This document shows, one piece after another, positions 9,054-12,257 of a stretch of DNA of 12,257 nucleotides. The DNA is from Octopus sinensis (taxonomy: Eukaryota), in assembly GCF_006345805.1 (NCBI RefSeq), contig NW_021826829.1, forward strand, positions 1 to 12,257, read 5' to 3'. Position 1 is the stretch's first letter. Every line of letters begins with the position of its first letter. The notes beneath the pieces are model-generated. The model saw only the letters and a list, made by a program, of their open reading frames with translations. It was not told the origin of the DNA and did not search any database. Made by a program: the position numbers and the translations under genes.

Positions 9054-10833
9054 CAAAACTAACGTCGCAAGACCGTTCACCATCGCCGCGACCAAAGACA
9101 TTAACTTAGAATTCCCCCCACGCCCTACACCACTTACCGATGATAAAAGGACTGAGAAAGGGATTTCAAACACGAATACAGACGAAAACATGAATGCCAG
9201 CACCACCACCATCACTACCAACAACAACAACAACGAAATCAGCACAAAGCCGCCTACCAAAGACGACACCGCCAACACCAACACCACTACCACGACTCCA
9301 ACTGCTACAACTAACCCTTCTGCTGCTAACACCGCCAAAATTAAAACGAATTTCGTAGATGCGACAAAACTAAAACGAACAATCGTAAAATTCACCGCAC
9401 AGGAAATAAACCTCACAAAAGCACTCTTCACCAAAGAAGGAGATAAATTGCATCTTCACATTCCACAACACATCATGGAAAACACACAAAGAAACACAAT
9501 AATCTACAAAACCATCAACAAGAAAACAAAACGACCAGAAAATGCACCGCAGGAAAAAATTGAAAAATGCCTTCGTCCTGCATGGGACACTAAGGAGTAT
9601 ATCAATTGGGGAAATTATTCGGTACAGTCCAAGTACGTTTCCTCAGCGAAAATTTAGCAAAACTATTCTCCACATTGGAGCTGCATTCCGACGACTTGGT
9701 AATGATACCAACCTATTTAAACCAGAGAGTGACGAAAGTCCAAATAAAAAATGTACCCCCTGAAGTCGAAATACAATGGTTAGTCTCTGCCATCTGCTTT
9801 GAAATGGCAGATACAAACATCCTTGAAATCGCTGTTCTAGGACAGGAAGACTATGTGGGAAAATCAATCCAATTCCTTCTTCAATTGGATGAAACAGCAA
9901 GAGAAAAGATACCCACCACTATAGAACTACCAGGAGGCTACAAACTTTATGTAGTGGTAGAGGGCAGGTGACCACGTTGCTATTTGAAAAAGACGTGTCC
10001 AACCATTCCACACCAAGAGCAACAACAACAACCACTACCACAACCAAAACACTCCGAAAAAAAGCTCTACTACCCACACCACCATCAACACAGAAGACGA
10101 CAAGAGAAGCACACCAAGCTAAGCCGTCAACAACCAAAAATTACTCGACACTTGAGAAAATACCAACACCACCAACAACAGGAAGAACCAAAGGAGCATA
10201 AAAACAAAGAAAATATACAAAAACTGATTCCCCATCCCTTATACCGCACTCACCACACACACACACACTCAACAACCAACAGCAACGAAAACAACAGCAC
10301 AACCACTTACACAGACATACATAGAAGTCTACCACATACCCCTACCCCCTACTGATTCCTCAGAAAATTCGTCGGAAGACGAAACCAGTGAGGAATGGCA
10401 AATAGCCAGAAAAAGAAGGAAAATAAAGAGCAGAAACACAACCAAACCAAATGCAAACACAAACAAAGCAGGGGGAAATACATCTCCCGAAGACATTTCA
10501 AAACCCAACACAAACAACAGCCACACCAACACCACAAAAATATATACAGCAAACATGCTCACAGCTATAGACACCAAAAACACAAATTTGATGGAATACA
10601 TAAAATCAAAAACAAACATAACAGAAGATGACATAAAAACAAACAGTCACCCATACACAACACCACCAGACCACATCAAAATATTACACATCTCCAAAAG
10701 TCTGCACCATACACTCAAAGGCATTTTCCCCAGTGCGGTTGGTAAATGCCAAAAATATCTAACAAAGAAACTTTACTGGGTTCTCCTCGAGAACAAACCA
10801 AAGGAGGAGAAAGCAAAAACTTTCGAGGAGTAA
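8908..10833 (+). pseudogene. LINE ORF1 (nucleic-acid-binding protein), disrupted
   Basis: Chained from ORFs 8908-9657, 9606-9971, 9984-10355 and the frame ending at TAA 10831-10833; frameshifts near 9606 and about 10230-10350, in-frame TGA at 9969-9971. Features: Thr/Asn-rich N-terminus, RRM-like segments (GTVQVRF; TKVQIKNVPPEV), EGR*PRCYLKKTCP knuckle remnant, acidic-basic SEDETSEEWQIARKRR. Start codon uncertain. Confidence 0.75.
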
Positions 10834-10877
10834 ATAACCCTCTGTTCCTTTCACTTGTATTTTAATTCATTAGGATT

Positions 10878-12053
10878 ATGATCAAGAATGGTTGTGTAAA
10901 TGCGCGTGGCTTGGATCCCCTTGGAAACAAGGGTACCTCTTAAATGACATAAAGTCACATAAGTTAGAAATCATAGCCATAAGTGAGACCAGACTCCACA
11001 ATCCGCGGGCCCTAAAGACAATGTTTGGCGGACAGTTCAACATTTATTTTTCCCCCTGTCTGCCAAGATTGGGCGGTAGTGGCACCGCGGTACTTTTTCG
11101 CAAGAGTCTGGATCTCAAAGTAAAGAAAATATTCGTAGACCCGGGATGTAGACTGGTCGTCCTGGATGTCGACGGCAGCAATGGGTGCGCTTTTCGACTC
11201 GTATCAGTCTACGCACCGCCCTTAACAGGTCGGGCGGATTTCTTTCAACGTCTAGAAGTATTCTTGGGAACGTCTCGTCCTTTACTCTTAGTGGGGGGTG
11301 GGGGTGAAATGCTACGCATGTAGACTACGTGGGTAGAGATAGGAATAGACGGGGATGCAAATGCCTCAGAGATCTGCTCAGACGCTTTCAACTGTCTGAC
11401 AGGTTCCCACTAGACCACCCGAATGCGCCAACGTGGACACGGAGCAACCGCATCGGGTCGTCGAGATCGTATCTAGATAGGATACTGTGTAGGATGTCCA
11501 CAATTCCACATAGTCAGCTACACGGATCACAAACTTGTAACATGCACGCTAGACTTAGGTAAGACACTTAGGCAGGGTCCCGGATACTGGAAACTAAACG
11601 CGTCTTTCCCATCGAAACAGGTTTTCAGAGACCGGATTAGCACACTAGTAAAGAGGGCTTTGACGGGAGCCATCATCAACAACAAATGGTGGTTTGCCCT
11701 CAAGAGAGCAGTAAAAGCAGAAGCGATTAGGTACAGCAAAGCACTAGCCATATATAGAAATAGAGTAGAGGGTGAGCTAGTTAAGAAGCTAGAAGAGGCA
11801 ATTAGAAGCGGCATCGCAGCCGACGTTTTGGCGGCGAGGTTGGCCCTCGACCAACACTTCAACGCAAAACACGAAGGGTGTGCTGTCAGAGCTAGGATGC
11901 GTGCTCTAAGGAATCAAGGTGTTGGAGCTGCGAAAGAGGCCCGGGTGGCAGAGACGCAACAGGGCAACAAAGCCACCATTCGGTCTCTGGTAGATGAACA
12001 GGGACGCGAATTGCTCGAGCCAAGTAAAATGTGTGAGGTCTTTTCAGCAGCAT

Positions 12054-12055
<2 letters not shown>
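10878..12055 (+). pseudogene. LINE ORF2 N-terminal part: APE-type endonuclease plus linker, frameshifted and truncated before the RT
   Basis: ATG at 10878 gives MIKNGCVNARGL, then after a frameshift AISETRL, GTAVLF, SVYAP, a G-run-disrupted LVG(D)xNA, TWT, SYLDRIL, YTDHKLV, GYWKLN, and an open helical linker (VRARMR...IRSLVDEQG) up to the microsatellite. Confidence 0.93.

Positions 12056-12257
<202 letters not shown>

Noticed and set aside
8892-10634. Hydrophobic Val/Leu-rich minus-strand ORFs resembling membrane proteins
   Set aside because: Antisense shadows of the A/C-rich LINE ORF1.

Overview
AT-rich, microsatellite-dense eukaryotic (animal) non-coding DNA; no host gene exon is recognisable. 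The repeat content resembles octopus/cephalopod genomes, but that is from recollection of the SINE sequence, not a search. The window is a patchwork of decayed mobile elements, mostly sitting in or next to simple repeats: a SINE 3' half (~1040-1250, -); a nested fold-back of two probable Penelope-like element (PLE) termini (1291-1666); a PLE-type RT fragment (~2090-2345, -); a non-autonomous Helentron/HINE-like element (2974-3343, -); a near full-length dead mariner (4078-5332, -); two further PLE-end-like segments, one with a near-complete minimal hammerhead ribozyme (6206-6240, -); and a Tx1/L1-type LINE (8695-12055, +) with 5' UTR, frameshifted ORF1 and the APE-endonuclease half of ORF2, embedded in a compound (TATC)n array and missing its 3' half. 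Most ORF-track entries are microsatellite translations or antisense shadows. Best leads: the hammerhead-type motifs in (TA)n-embedded elements, possible microsatellite targeting by the LINE, and a speculative 44-nt GT-AG intron that would fuse LINE ORF1 and ORF2 in frame.
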